From: Octopus vulgaris
Lineage: Eukaryota
Length of the DNA stretch: 64,000 nucleotides
Assembly (NCBI GenBank): GCA_951406725.2
Contig: OX597839.1
Span: 5,084,001 to 5,148,000, forward strand
Direction: 5' to 3'
Shown here: positions 42,765 through 58,283 of the stretch, piece by piece
How positions within the stretch are numbered: position 1 is the stretch's first letter
Layout: each line of letters starts with the position of its first letter
Notes under the pieces: generated by a model
Database searches by the model: none
Seen by the model: the letters and a program-made list of their open reading frames with translations, nothing else
What the model was told of the DNA's origin: nothing
Made by a program: the position numbers and the translations under genes

Positions 42765-42821
42765 CATATATATATATTTATTTATATAATTATATTATAT
42801 AATTAATGAGAGCAGCTGTGT

Positions 42822-42859
<38 letters not shown>

Positions 42860-43564
42860 TATGTACATATAGAGATATATATACATACATGTATATATAT
42901 ATTTATATGTATTCATTATATACATATATATATGTGTACATATATCTATATCTCTCTGCCTATCTATCTATCTATCTATCTATATATATAGATAGATATA
43001 GATATAGATGTAGATATATATATATATATGTACACATGTACAATCATATACATGCAGGCACATATGAATACATAAATACATCTGTCCGCGCATACAGACA
43101 CACACGAACGCACACAACCCCCCCCCACACACACACTCTCTTATATAAATAACCATTTACAGTATTTGCCGAAGTTCATGTGAGCTCTTTTTTAGTATAT
43201 TTGTTTTTTATTTTATACATTTTGTTTGTATTTTTTGATGCTCGTCGCCGCTCATCAAAAAAAAAAAAAAAAAATATGGTGATTCCCATTTAATGGAGGA
43301 AAACGAGGTTACTATTTCGCCAATAAGTAAATATAATACTGACTCATTTTAAAGCAATTAACTAAGAATTCATTGCTTTATTTGCAAAAACCGAAATGTG
43401 GCAGAATCTCTTAGCTATTCTTTGACAACAGTTCACTTCTGTGGTACGAACTACATGAAATTCGGAAAGAAAAATATGCAACCAACAATGGCGCCCACAT
43501 TTTATATATCTTCGTCTCTGCTTATATAAATAAATGTGTGCATGTGTGTTTGTGTATGTGTGTG

Positions 43565-43608
<44 letters not shown>

Positions 43609-43669
43609 CACATATGTATACATATACATATATACACACACAACGTATGTATATATATGTGTGTGTATG

Positions 43670-43709
<40 letters not shown>

Positions 43710-45572
43710 TATACACACACACACATAGGTTCCACGTATCTATGTACATGTACGTAAATATGTGTATGTATATACACAAACATATTTATGTATGCATACA
43801 TATATATATGTATATATATGTGTGTATATATATATATATATATGTGTGTGTATATATATATATATATATACATACACATACATACATACGCATGTGTGTG
43901 TGTTTGCGAGTGTATGTTTCGTATGTGAGTGCTTGTGCGTGCGTGCATGTGTGTGAGTGTGTGTGTGCGTAACCTGAAGGACGAAGTACTCTGTAATTTA
44001 TATGAGTTAGCATATTAACGACAGAAATCGCGCACACACAAACATAAACACGCACACACTCGGTACAGGCACACACTCACACACACTCACACACACACAC
44101 ACACACATATTCAAACGTACATATATAGATATATCTATGCACATATATGTATGTATGTATATATGTATATATATGTGTATTTGTGTATGTATGTGCATAT
44201 TTACGTGTGTGTATGTGTGTATACAAACGTACCCACCTGTGTGGGCGAGAGCCTGCGTTAATACGTTAACATAATTGCAGAGCACCTTTTTTTTCTCATC
44301 TTCAGTATATGTGTGCGTGTGTGTGTTTATGTGTGTGTATGTTCATGTGCGTGTGTACGTGAGTGCACAAGTGGGTGTGTGTATTCATTTACATATATAA
44401 ATATGCATAAATATATGTATACATGTACCTATACATATGTACATATGAATGCGCGTATATATATATATAATATATGAATATGTATTTTTATGTATATATA
44501 TGAATGAATATATATGTATGTATATATATAGATGTGTGTATATATATCTATATATATATATATATATATATACATATTTATTTGTTTTGCGTGAGTGTGT
44601 ACGCCCATGTTATATATATATGTGCGTATGTAGGCTTGTATACGCATGTATACACACACTTGCTTGAGACACAGAAGGAGATCGGAAAACAATGAACAAG
44701 ACAGACTTTAGCAGCCATATATCAAAGATGTATAATTATAAATATTTTCATATTAACACACACTCACGCAACCTTATCTACGCAATTATATTCACAACCG
44801 CACTGACGTCCCTCTATTTACATGTATGTTTAAATTAATTAAAGAGTACTGATATATATTTATATCCTGTTTTAATTTACTTTTTTATAATGTCATATAT
44901 TCTTTATAGAAAAGATGCAGAAGAAAATATTAAGCTAATGCAAATAATGAACTGTTTCTACCGAGTTTCGAACTCGTAATAACACCGTACCATACTACAA
45001 GAATAAATTCGTTGCTGTCCAATACAATACCTTGATCTTTATTTTCGGTTGTATCAGAAAATAGAATGAGAGCTGAAACAAACATACGTGTCTGCCGTTT
45101 CGTCAAAAATAAATGGGTGTGTGATTTAAGAGGCTTGCCTTGCCAACGTTTTGTTCCGAGTTCAGTCCCACTGCACGGCAACTTGAGCAAGGGCAATTGG
45201 ATTTTAGTGATAAAAGCTTGTACAACGGTTTCGCCGCTTTGTTATCCCAGCTTCTAGCGACACCATAGCAGGGTCCACTGATAAGCTTTGTAACATGACT
45301 GGATCCTATTTTTTGCGAGTCTTTGTGTTCAGGCTTGTCCCACCTGAATCCCTGACAAACCGTATTGGTATTGTGTACGTCCCCGAAACGAAGACCTTCC
45401 ATTTAATACTCCGAGAAAATGAGTACCAAACTTTAAAAAGGTATTAGTATTCTAATAATGCCTGAAAAATCTCTTTAAGTCGCAGTCTCTATCTCATTCT
45501 GGTTCTTTCACTCTCCTTCTCAATCTCTCTGACTCTCTGTCTTTCTAGTCACTCAAACAAATACAACACACA

Positions 45573-45638
<66 letters not shown>

Positions 45639-45712
45639 CTGCCCCATTTCATCTCACCCGATACTATATATACCAGCATCCATGGATCAGAAAAGGTACA
45701 AATTTACTTCGC

Positions 45713-45744
<32 letters not shown>

Positions 45745-45746
45745 GT

Positions 45747-46097
45747 ATTCCACGGATTCCATGGACAGCGAGGCTCACCAATGAAGAAGTTCTTAAGCAG
45801 ATCAGGCCGAAATTGTCGCTAGAAGCTAGGATCACCAAGCATAGATTGGCATATTTCGGTCATATTATGCGGAGAAAATCCATGGAGAAGGACATCATGC
45901 ATGCTCGGAATGGTCAGTGGCAAGAGAGGAAGAGGACAACGAAGAACCCGCTGGCTTGACACCATCAAGAGTGATACCGGAATGGACATAGCCAATCTGA
46001 AAGAAGCGGCCCAGGATAGAACTGACTGGAGGACACTGATCCAACGAGTGACCGGGAGTCGACTTCGACTGAGCGGATAGATAGATAGATAGATAGA
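45747..46097 (+). mobile_element. RTE-clade LINE 3' fragment
   Basis: IPWTARLTNEEVL..RLAYFGHIMRR..EKDIM, frameshift, then GMVSGKRRRGQRRTRWLDTIK..EAAQDRTDWR..RVTGSRLRLSG*; (ATAG)n tail. Confidence 0.9.
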
Positions 46098-46399
46098 TGT
46101 ATGTATAGGCATGCACTCGCACACGAGAGCACGTGCAAGCAGATATACACATCAGATATATATGTGTGAATATATGCGTGTGAGAAGTGCGAGCTTTTGT
46201 ATGTCTATGTGTAGTACATTTGTACCTGTTCTGTTCCATGGATGCTGGTATGTATAGCTTCGTATATCACATACGTATCAGTTTCAAGGTACCTTTTACA
46301 ACGTTACGCATGCGCTAACGCGTACATCATATAACCATAGATCTCTCTCTCTCTCTCCCTCTCTCTTGTTCTCTCAGTGCATATGTACGTAGGTATGTA

Positions 46400-46451
<52 letters not shown>

Positions 46452-46553
46452 GCCTTTTCCTTTATTTCGCTACACGAGACGGTACGTAGTATGCGTCTTG
46501 TGTGTGTACGTATACGTCAGAGTTAGTGTGTGTGTGTGTGTGTGTACGTATGC

Positions 46554-46611
<58 letters not shown>

Positions 46612-46653
46612 GTATAACTATCTTTTCTTGAGATTTTATAACTAGCTACTTTG

Positions 46654-46692
<39 letters not shown>

Positions 46693-46975
46693 GCATATAT
46701 ACATATATATATATGTGTGTGTATGCGTGTATGAGTGTGTGTGTGAACTCTTTGGCTACGTGAACACATTTTGTATATGTCTGTATGAATAGTTATGCAT
46801 ATGTGTTTGTGTGTGTATGAAAGAGAGAGAGGTACACGTACACACAAACATAGAGATAAAATATTGTATGTGAGAGACAGACAGAAAGATAGCTTGAGGA
46901 GGGGAGAGAAAGAGAGAGAGTGGAGGAGAGTGACAAAAAGAGAGAGGATGAGAGAGAAACAGAGAGAGAGAGGAG

Positions 46976-47011
<36 letters not shown>

Positions 47012-48004
47012 AAGAGACAAAATTTATATGCGGATATGTGTAGAAAACCATGTTTGAATATTTTATAGGAAATAGGAGAATCGAAAGCGTTAAATGACGC
47101 CGAATTTCCTAACAGCCGACATGATGAAAGAAATAGATAGTTATAGCGATTTCTTCCTTGATTTGCGATTTCACATGCAGTTTTGCGGTTGGCACCAGTT
47201 AAGCATCTAGTTTTAACAACTGCACGTTATGCAGCTAAATGCATGCACTGTTGCTTCTTGTGGCAAAGTTTTACAACAAAAATTAGATAAAATCAAAAAT
47301 GAAAACGTACATTTTAAAATGCATGCGTAAGCAGATTTTACTTTAGACACGATTACGTGATAAACATATGTATCATGTTGTATTATTTGTATATTTTTGG
47401 GATGTATTTAAATGTAATCTTCCTCTACGTCACCATCCCTTAGTTTATTGTCAATTGGGAGAACCGTGAAGGCGCCGGATATATGCATTGTGATAACAGT
47501 TCCGGATCTTCTCGTTATGAGTTCAAATTCTGCCAAGGGCAGTTTCACTTTCCATATTCCCATAAGTCAACAGAGTACAGGTCAAGTACTGCGGCATATT
47601 CTGCAAATATGGTCGATTGTCATTTTCTCGTTCTTAAAAAAATCCTGACTTGTTAGAGTTACAGTTACAGAGGAGTAGGGAGGCAGAGGGGGTACCTAGA
47701 ACCCCCTCTGCATTTTTTTCTTTACACGTATATATTTGATGTGGTGAATATCGGTGAGTGAGAGAAAATATAAGTAAAATATAAGCAAAGCTGAGAGACC
47801 GATATGATGTGCATATGTATGTGCATGCGTTGTACGTACGAGTATATATACATACACATATATGTATGTATGTATGTATATATAAATCTTTAAGGCTTAT
47901 TTATATGCTGGCCACTGATAAACTTTTATAATAGAATTTCATTCTTACGTTAGAAGTACATCTCTCTCTCTCTATATCTATCTATCTATATATATATATA
48001 TACA

Positions 48005-48170
48005 GACGAATGAGTGGCTGAGGGATAAGTAACTTCCTTACAAACTACATGGCTCCAGGTTCAGTACCACTGCATGGCACCTTGGGCAGGTGTCTTCTTC
48101 TATAGCCTCGGGCCGATTAAAGCCTTGTGAGTGCATTTGGTAGAGGGAAACTGAAAGAACCATGTCGTAT
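48005..48170 (+). mobile_element. SINE family C, 5' half
   Basis: GGTTCAGTACCACTGCATGGCACCTTGGGCAGGTGTCTTC..GGAAACTGAAAGAA. Confidence 0.78.
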
Positions 48171-48183
48171 ATATATATATTTA

Positions 48184-48352
48184 TATTTTTCTCTCTCCTT
48201 GTTTTTTTTCTGCGTATCTTTCTGTCGAAGAGCGTAGGCTCGAAACGTAAAAGACTTGTTCTGTTTCTGTTTCTGAGTGCCATACTAATACATTTGTTTG
48301 TTTGTACTCCACCTGCCTTCGTCTTTTGTTTATTTTCGTAAACCTTCCCGTT
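48184..48352 (+). mobile_element. Repeat family H3 with a minimal HHR at 48217-48254
   Basis: TCTTT-CTGTCGA-A-GAGC-GTAG-GCTC-GAAA-CG-TA-AAAGA; sits in the (TA)n of the preceding SINE. Confidence 0.75.
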
Positions 48353-49689
48353 ATATATATATATATATATATATGATATCCCATAGTGGGTTACACCCAT
48401 AGCCCCTATCTTAATTTGTATATATATATATATATATGCGCACATATATAAATATGCCCCAGCATAGCCGAATTGGCCGAAAACTTCGAGCTGAATCCAG
48501 TTACAGAGTTACAGAATTATATAAGCAAATACCGAGCACTAAGGATGTGAGTATAAGTACGTGATGCTGTATTAGTGGATATGTATTTTTAATTTGTTGG
48601 GTAGAAAGGCTACCAATGGTTTCATGTTAGGCATTTTTTACAATTCCTCAAGTTCACCAGATGGGAACGTTGATATGTATATATATATATATATGTGCGT
48701 ATGTGTGTGTGCGTTGTGTGTGTATGTGTTTGTATGTGTGTGTGTTGCGGGGGTTGTATTATAAACGAAGATCCAAGGCAGCCGTAAAGTGATGCACATG
48801 TGCGTTGCTCTAACTTCACTACAACTTAACCAGAAACAGCTGAAAGCTAACAATATTCATAGCATATTCTTATCTTCTTTTGTCATTTATCTAAGTGTGT
48901 AAAATTTCTGTGCATCTATGCATCTATTTTATATCTCTCTATATATATCTGTGGGGGCTATACCTCTATATATCTGTCAATCTATCCGTTTTATATAGAA
49001 AAGTCTACTCAAACACATGCACTCACACACTTAGGTATATAAATATTTATCTATATATCCTCAAATATACGCATGCATGACAATTCGTGTACATAAATAC
49101 AAACACAAACACATATGTGTAAATGAATGTGTGACCAAGCACATAAACACATATGCACGTGTGCTCAGGTTTTACGGGTGCATATTTTTATAATACACAA
49201 TACACATGCAGGCAAAATAACATCGTCTAGATGCAAACGAAGAAAAAATATACTCGACAGCGTGGCAAAAGGTGTCTGAGTTAACGGGAAAGAGGAGAAA
49301 CATCGTGACTATTCACGTGTACAACAAATCTACCCTCAGTGCATATATGGGATATATATGTGTGTATATATATATGTGCGTCTGTGTGTATATATATATA
49401 TATATATGTGTGCGTTTGAGTATGTTTTGTTTATATATATATATATATATACATGTATAAGTATATATTTATATATATATATATATATCTATATATACGT
49501 ATATATAAGTATATATTTATATATATATATATCTATATATACGTATATATAAGTATATATTTATATATATATATATATCTATATATACGTATATATAGGT
49601 ATATATTTATATATATAAATATCTATATATACGTATATATATATATATAAATAAGTACGTATATATATGCGTCTATATATTCGCATATA

Positions 49690-50063
<374 letters not shown>

Positions 50064-50169
50064 ATGAAGTAATATATACATGTGACTATACATATAAGCG
50101 CATATGTATATATATACATATATATATATTATAGTCATATATATATACATATATACGCATGCACACACA

Positions 50170-50200
<31 letters not shown>

Positions 50201-50229
50201 CGTATTTTATAGATATAAATGCACACACA

Positions 50230-50265
<36 letters not shown>

Positions 50266-50418
50266 CGCACACACATACACACGGTTGTTTGCAAGGTCGT
50301 GTTAAATTTAAATGTCTGTCACTTTTTTGTCTCTTACGTTAGAAAAAAGTTGCAAAATAACCATTAGAGTATTAAAATAAACACGAAAAAGAAATTACCG
50401 CGCCCAAAATAAGATAAC

Positions 50419-50464
<46 letters not shown>

Positions 50465-50496
50465 TAATAATAATAATAATAATTAAATGTCTCTTG

Positions 50497-50535
50497 CAAA
50501 AACAGTTTCGAGCCACACAGGATATTCTTCAGTTT
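50497..50535 (-). ncRNA. Degenerate minimal hammerhead
   Basis: Reverse complement CAAA-CTGAAGA-ATATCC-TGTGT-GGCTC-GAAAC-T-GTT-TTTG; stem I and core intact, stem II with two mismatches. Confidence 0.4.
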
Positions 50536-51157
50536 GGAACTCATGAAATTTCAGCATAGAGTCACGTGTGAATTTGGAAAGGTTGACATGACCTTATTGC
50601 ACACGGATTACATCGTGAGGTATACATGCAGACTGCCTTCTGTTCTTTTTTTAATATTTTTAACATTCCGTATAAGTTTACCATCTAAAGGTAATGTTTT
50701 GTGTATTTGTGCGTTGAAGTGTGTACTGTAGGGAAAATTATATTTTATTATGAAAGATATATTTGTATCGAAATGCTGATATACAAATATCTAAGCAGCT
50801 ATTCGATGTCACATTAATCTGTTAATTCATCCTTTTGCATCTCTTCCGAATTAACAATGTACTCCAACGTGTATCGTATATCACTGACTGGTTTTTATAT
50901 TTAATTAAAATACTCGCTAATTAGGTATTGTCTAGCATTTGTGAATATGTATGACTCTCGCAATAACATTCAGTATATATATATATATATATATATATGC
51001 GTGTGTGTGCATGCGTATATATGTATATATATATGACTATAATATATATATATAAGTTAATCCAAACACGAAAACACAAAAAAGACACAACAACGCGAGG
51101 ACGTGGAACAAATATAGTATTATTGGACGCTCAGGAAAGAAGGGAAGAAGGATATAC

Positions 51158-51219
<62 letters not shown>

Positions 51220-51562
51220 ACACACTCACGCATATATATAGATATATGTGTGTATGAAGACTGTGTCCATCGTAGTTATTATTACTATGGTGGCTGCGTT
51301 TCCACGCGTTGACAGTGTCCTTGTATTCGACTCTGTTAAAATTACTAGTAATAACGTTAACAATTTTGCCCTCATGTCAAACTTTCATTTAACATTGATG
51401 AGGTTTCTTACCTTAAAAACAACATTGAAAATACATTATTTTACTTTTATTTTACCGACAACACATAACAATGACATAGGAAATGTCTGATGACTTCCTG
51501 ATCAATTTACTGATATATCAAAGCAAATTATAAAATCAACATTACAAACCCATAACAATAAT

Positions 51563-51617
<55 letters not shown>

Positions 51618-51634
51618 TCAATAATAATAATATT

Positions 51635-51679
<45 letters not shown>

Positions 51680-51941
51680 CATGATATTGATGATGGTAAT
51701 GGTGATAGTAATAATAATGTTAATGATAATTAGTGCGTGTGCGCGTCACGTTTGCAGACACAAAAAATGGCTCTCATCCTGTGAGATTCCTAAAGTTCTA
51801 GCTGTCTCTCGTACAGATGAAAGCAGGCAGGCATCTGCCTCACATTATTCTCATTACTAATTACCAAAAAGCCTTTAATTAATCAGCAATAATAACAATG
51901 ATGATAATGAACACAATGATAATAATAAAAATGACGATGAG

Positions 51942-51994
<53 letters not shown>

Positions 51995-52232
51995 TAATAA
52001 TGATAATAATAATAACAACAACAACAATAATAATAATAATAGTATTATCAACAGTAGTAATATTAAGAATAATATTTATGATAATAATATTATTATTATT
52101 ATTATTAATAATAATAATTTTAATAATAACAATAATAACAATATCAACAATAGTAATAAGAGTAATAATCATAATAGAGTTGATAATAATGATGATGATG
52201 ATGATGATGATAATAACAACAACAACAACAAC

Positions 52233-52265
<33 letters not shown>

Positions 52266-52579
52266 GATGAAAATTGTAATGATAATATTAATAAAAATAA
52301 AAAATGATAATGATAATGGTATGAGTTGTAATAATAATAGAAATAATTATAATAATGGTAAAAAAAATGATATCAATATCAATATAACAAACAATATTAT
52401 GAATTATTTCTACCCTCTATACGTGGTGCTAGTTATGCTTCTTTGAGATATATAATTTCGTGGTATTTTTGAAGGACATTTTTATGTATTGTTTTAATTA
52501 TTTCATCATCGACACCATCATCACCGTTATCATTATTATTGTTATTATCATTATTATTATTATTATTATTATTGTTATT

Positions 52580-52614
<35 letters not shown>

Positions 52615-52894
52615 CATCATAATCATTATTTCATAGTGATAATAACAAATGGCGGTTAGATTGCAACATCTAATTTCTGAGGCAAGGAATTTCCATAGCA
52701 GGACATTCATTAGGAAATGCTGGGTATTCAAACAAAAGGGGTATTGCAATTACCATCATTCCATCCTTCGTTCATTCCATTATTCTTCCATCCCTCATTT
52801 CCAGCATCTCTTGGACAACTAAAAGCTTTTCTTTCGTTCACTTCTTGCTACGTTTTTTTCTTTCTTATTTTTAACACCGCTCCTCCTACCACTC

Positions 52895-52961
<67 letters not shown>

Positions 52962-52982
52962 ACACAAACATACACGAACGCT

Positions 52983-53016
<34 letters not shown>

Positions 53017-53243
53017 CACAAACACATACACGCACACAAACACATAAATGTACACACATACACGCACAAACATATATGTATATATGCATATGAATATAAT
53101 TATATAGCCGCTTATGTAATACATATATATATACACACATACAAACATATATACATATATATATACATATTTATATGTTTGTATGTGTGTCTATATATAC
53201 ATTACATAAGCGTCTATATAATTATATCTATATGCATATATAT

Positions 53244-53280
<37 letters not shown>

Positions 53281-53366
53281 ATCACAAGAATTATATATAA
53301 TTCACAAGAATAACACAAGAATATATAATATATAATATATAGAATATATAATATATAATTCACAAG

Positions 53367-53416
53367 AATAATCACAAGAATAACAATTAGTATTGAATAA
53401 TCACATGCACTTGTGC

Positions 53417-53454
<38 letters not shown>

Positions 53455-53504
53455 GCACAAGTGCATGTGATTATTCAATACTAATTGTTATTCTTGTGAT
53501 TATT
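53367..53504. repeat. Perfect 138-bp palindrome centred on (TA)n
   Basis: 53367-53419 is the exact reverse complement of 53452-53504. Confidence 0.9.
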
Positions 53505-53741
53505 TTTTATCGATTTTTTTAATGGAATCCATGCTATTTGGGTATTTTTGTTTTGTCTCGTCACATTTGCAATTGGTGTTCGATGAAGTACCAACAACAA
53601 GATTGACAACAACAAAACAACAAAACAACAAAACAACAACAATGTCAATAATAAACGCACAAACACTCGTATAGAAACACCCTACACGTATACGCACCCA
53701 GTTGCATATCAGAACCTGTTTTAGTTCTCCTACCCCTCCTG

Positions 53742-53799
<58 letters not shown>

Positions 53800-55226
53800 C
53801 TCTATTTCTGTCTCTCTCTGTCGCTCTCTCATTTTTTCCAACCACGTTCCACTTTTTTGCTATTCATAGCAATACTGAGTAAAGAATGACTTGTAATTTG
53901 ATGTAAACCTGCTTTCCAATCATGATATCATCATCATCATCATCACCGTCGTCGTCGTCGTCGTCATCACCGTTCGCGTCAGCATCATAATCATCATCAT
54001 CATTATTATCCTAATCATCGTCATCATTATCATCGTCGTTGTAAGCATCATCATCGTCGTTATCATCATCGTTGTTGTCAATATCATCATCATCATCATC
54101 CTCATCCTCATCATCATCATCATCCTTATCCTCATCATCATCATCATCCTCATCCCCATCATCATCATCATCATCCTCATCATCATCATCATCCTCATCA
54201 TCCTCATCCTCATCATCGTCGTCGTCGTAACCGTTCTCATCAGCATCATAATCGTCATTATTATCATAATCATCATCATCATTATCATCATCGTCAATAT
54301 TATTAAAACACTGATGAGGATGATGATGGTGGTGGTGGTGTTGGTGGTGGTTTTGGTGATGATTATGATGATGATGGACGTCCTTCTGTTCTATCATCAT
54401 CATTATCATCGTCGTTAGCATCATCATCATCGTCGGTATCATCATTGTTGTTGTCAGTATCATCATCATCGTTAGCATCATCATCAACACCTCTACCGGC
54501 TATCTCCTCTTTACTCTGACCCCTCTTAATCATCATCGTCATCAAATTCATCGTCACCGTCATCCTCATCATCATCCTCACCCTCAACATCATCTTCCTC
54601 ATTATCTTCATCATCATCATCGCCATTATCCTTACATCTTCAGGAACAGAAGGAAGTCGAGCAACATTATAGTCATCATCATTATCATCATCCACATCAT
54701 CATCATCATCAGTGTTTTGATAATATTAACAATCATTCTTTCTAATTTAGGCACAAGGCCAGTAACTCTGATGGGAGGGTGGAAGTCAGTTTTAGCGATC
54801 CCTTTGCTCAGTGAGGGCATACTTTATCCATCCTGAAGGGATGACAAGTGAAGTTGACGTCAGCGGAATTTGATCTCAGAACGTAAAGAAGGGCGAAATG
54901 GCGCTAAGCATTTTATCCGACGTTCTATCGTTCCTGCTCATTCGCCTCTTCATATTTCTCATTTAAATATAATCGATCTTTTACACGGTACTAAATCTGA
55001 GTCCGAAAATCAAGTGTAACCTCGGCAAAATTTGAACGCAGAACGTGAGGATTTGGGTAAAATGCTACAAATGATTTTGTCCGGCGTGATAACGATTCAG
55101 CCAGTTCCCCTTTCTATAATCATAAATCACCATGTCACGCACATATGTATGGGTGTATCTCTGCGAGTGATTATAATAAACATGCAGATTAAAAATAAAT
55201 AAATGAATAATAATAATAATAATGAA

Positions 55227-55261
<35 letters not shown>

Positions 55262-55280
55262 TAATAATAATAATAATAAT

Positions 55281-55534
55281 ATGCTAAAATTCAAAAGATA
55301 GTGCTCATGGGAACTGCTCATATCCTACGCAAAATACTCTCTATGTAATCTCAAGGATTAAAACAAACTTTTTTTTTATTTATTATTTTTTTTTATGTAT
55401 TAGACATTAACTAGTACAACACCAAAAAAAAAACCCCAAATATATGGCACAGAACTTCCAACCTGTTGTCTCTTGAGGTCTCTAGGTGAGACTTGGAGCC
55501 AACTTGTACAGACATAAAGCAAAAGTCAAACATA

Positions 55535-55583
<49 letters not shown>
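55281..55583 (+). mobile_element. Dong/R4-type LINE 3' end within (AAT)n
   Basis: IQKIVLMGTAHILRKILSM* resembles the R4-clade C-terminus QK.VLLGTA.ILR; 3' UTR shared with 58893-59385; (AAT)n on both sides. Confidence 0.75.
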
Positions 55584-55585
<2 letters not shown>

Positions 55586-55628
55586 CTTCATTTATTGGAC
55601 ACAAGGCCTAAATCATGGAGGACTATAA

Positions 55629-55859
55629 GGCGGCGAGCTGGCAGAAACGTTAGCACGTCGGGCGAAATGCTTAGCGGTATTTCGCCTGCCGTTACGTTCT
55701 GAGTTCAAATTTCACCGTGGTCGACTTTGCCTTTCATCCTTTCGGTGTCGATAAATGAAGTACCAGTTACGCACTGGGGTCGATGTAATCGACTTAATCC
55801 GTTTGTCTGTCCTTGTTTGTCCCCTCTGTGTTTAGCCCCTTGTGGGTAGTAAAGAAATA
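55629..55859 (+). mobile_element. SINE family B with 15-bp TSD
   Basis: TSD TAAATCATGGAGGAC at 55609-55623 and 55860-55874. Confidence 0.9.
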
Positions 55860-56129
55860 TAAATCATGGAGGACAATATCAAAGTATGAGATACAACCCA
55901 AAAAATCAGGTGGGGTTTACATAGATCAAAGGGAAACACAACCACACATCGTGTTTTTCCACAGCCAACTAAGAGAAAGATCTGTCTCTGCTAAAGGAAG
56001 GTGATGCGTCGAATTTCACTATACACTTGGCGGACATCCGAATTCGCCTGACACGAGACAGCAGATGTTCAACAAATGTCCATACGTTACTAATGAATGA
56101 TTGCATGCAGGACGGTTTCGTCCCCCATC

Positions 56130-56260
56130 CCCCTGCATCATCTCGTGGAGCTTTAGGTGTTTTCGCTCCATAAACACTCACAACGCCCGGTCTGGGAATC
56201 GAAACCGCGATCCTACGACCGCGAGTCCGCTGCCCTAACCACTGGGCCATTGCGCCTCCA
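56130..56260 (-). mobile_element. SINE family A head
   Basis: Reverse complement of 551-680. Confidence 0.8.
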
Positions 56261-56334
56261 GTATCACAAATAGAAGTTGTAATAATGATAATGATACCAA
56301 TATTAAAATCCACATCAACAACATCAACAGCAAC

Positions 56335-56717
<383 letters not shown>

Positions 56718-57189
56718 CTCCTTGTGTTAATTACTTACACAATACCGAAAGTGAAAGCGGTAAAATGCATTATTCTAATCAGGGAGAGCTATCCATCAGC
56801 TTCTTCTTTGTCCAAGGAATTCCTGATTTTTCGATGCTGATGTCGATGGGCAACAAAGAGCAGAATGGAACCAAAAGAACCAAGAGACAGCAAAAAAAAA
56901 AAAAAAAAAAATGAAACGTAAAAAAACCATTCCAAGACCATTAAAAAAATTAATAAATAAATATAATAAATAAATCAATGACGGAATAATTCGCAGAAAA
57001 AAACCCCAAAACATCGGAATGAACAACCAGAGAAAAACGAATGGAATCACGTCATTGTTATACCATTATAATAATTATCATTACACTAATGTTTTTCATC
57101 GTTCGTTGCACCCCGCCACGCTCCCCTCCAAACCCTGCTCCTTCTCCTTCTCAGTTTCCTCTTCAGCCTCATTTTCTCCTTTTCCTACT

Positions 57190-57560
57190 CTCTCCTTCCT
57201 CTTCTTTTTCTTTCTTCTTCTTCTTCTTCTTCTCCTTCTCCTTCGTTATCTTCTTCTTCTTCTTCGTCTTCGTTTTCTTCTTCTTCTTCTACTACTTCTT
57301 CCTCTCCTTCGTTTTCTTCTTCTTCTTCCTCCTCTTCTCCTTCTTCGTTTTCTTCTTCTTCTTCTTCTCCTCCTCCTCCTTCGTTTTCTTCTTCTTTTCC
57401 TCCTTCTTCTTCTTCTTCTTCTTCTTCTTCTTCTCCTCCTTCTCCTTCTCCTGCTCCTTCTCCTTCTTCTTCTTCTCCTGTTCCTCCTCCTCCTTCTTCT
57501 TCTCCTCCTCCTTCTTCCCTTACTTTTTCTTTTTCTTCCCTTTTTCCTTCTTGCCCACGT
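57190..57560. repeat. (CTT/CCT)n polypyrimidine tract
   Basis: Read directly from the sequence. Confidence 0.9.
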
Positions 57561-57942
57561 CCTCCTACACTTCTTCCCCTCTGTCTATTCTTCTAATCTT
57601 CCTCGTTTTCTCTTGTCTTTTTTCTTTCTTTCTTTCTTTCTTTCACATCTTTCCTCTACTTCCCCTTCTTTCTTCTTTTTCTTCTCCTCCTCCTCCTCCT
57701 CTTTTTTGTTTTTCTAATTCTTCTTCATCTCCCCCTTTCTCTTCCCCTCATCCACCTGCTCCTTCTTCTGCAACTACTACCACCACCACCACCACCACTA
57801 CTACTATACGACGACGACGACCACCAGCACCAGCACCACTACTACTACTACTACTACTACTATGACTACTACGACTACTACTACTACTACGACTACTATT
57901 ACTACTACTACTACTACAACTACTACTACTACGACTACTACG

Positions 57943-57985
<43 letters not shown>

Positions 57986-58188
57986 TTATTACTACTGCTG
58001 CTGCTGCTGCTTCTGGTACCACCCTCTCGATGCCAATTATCTCTCTCATCAACCACTGATTAACAGCGATATATTGAGGGATTCAATATAGGTCCCAGTA
58101 AGAAATACGCAGTTGTACAAACACCTAGTATTTCAGATTCGTTACCTCAAAGTACGAAATATATATTTTTTCGCAACATTTATATTAC

Positions 58189-58220
<32 letters not shown>

Positions 58221-58283
58221 TAATAATAATGATAATAATAATGATAATAATAATGATAATAATAATGATAATGATAATAATAT

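Noticed and set aside
56736-56910. Possible minus-strand exon (pyrimidine tract, CAG, GTAAGT donor)
   Set aside because: All three frames contain stops; a non-coding exon cannot be excluded.
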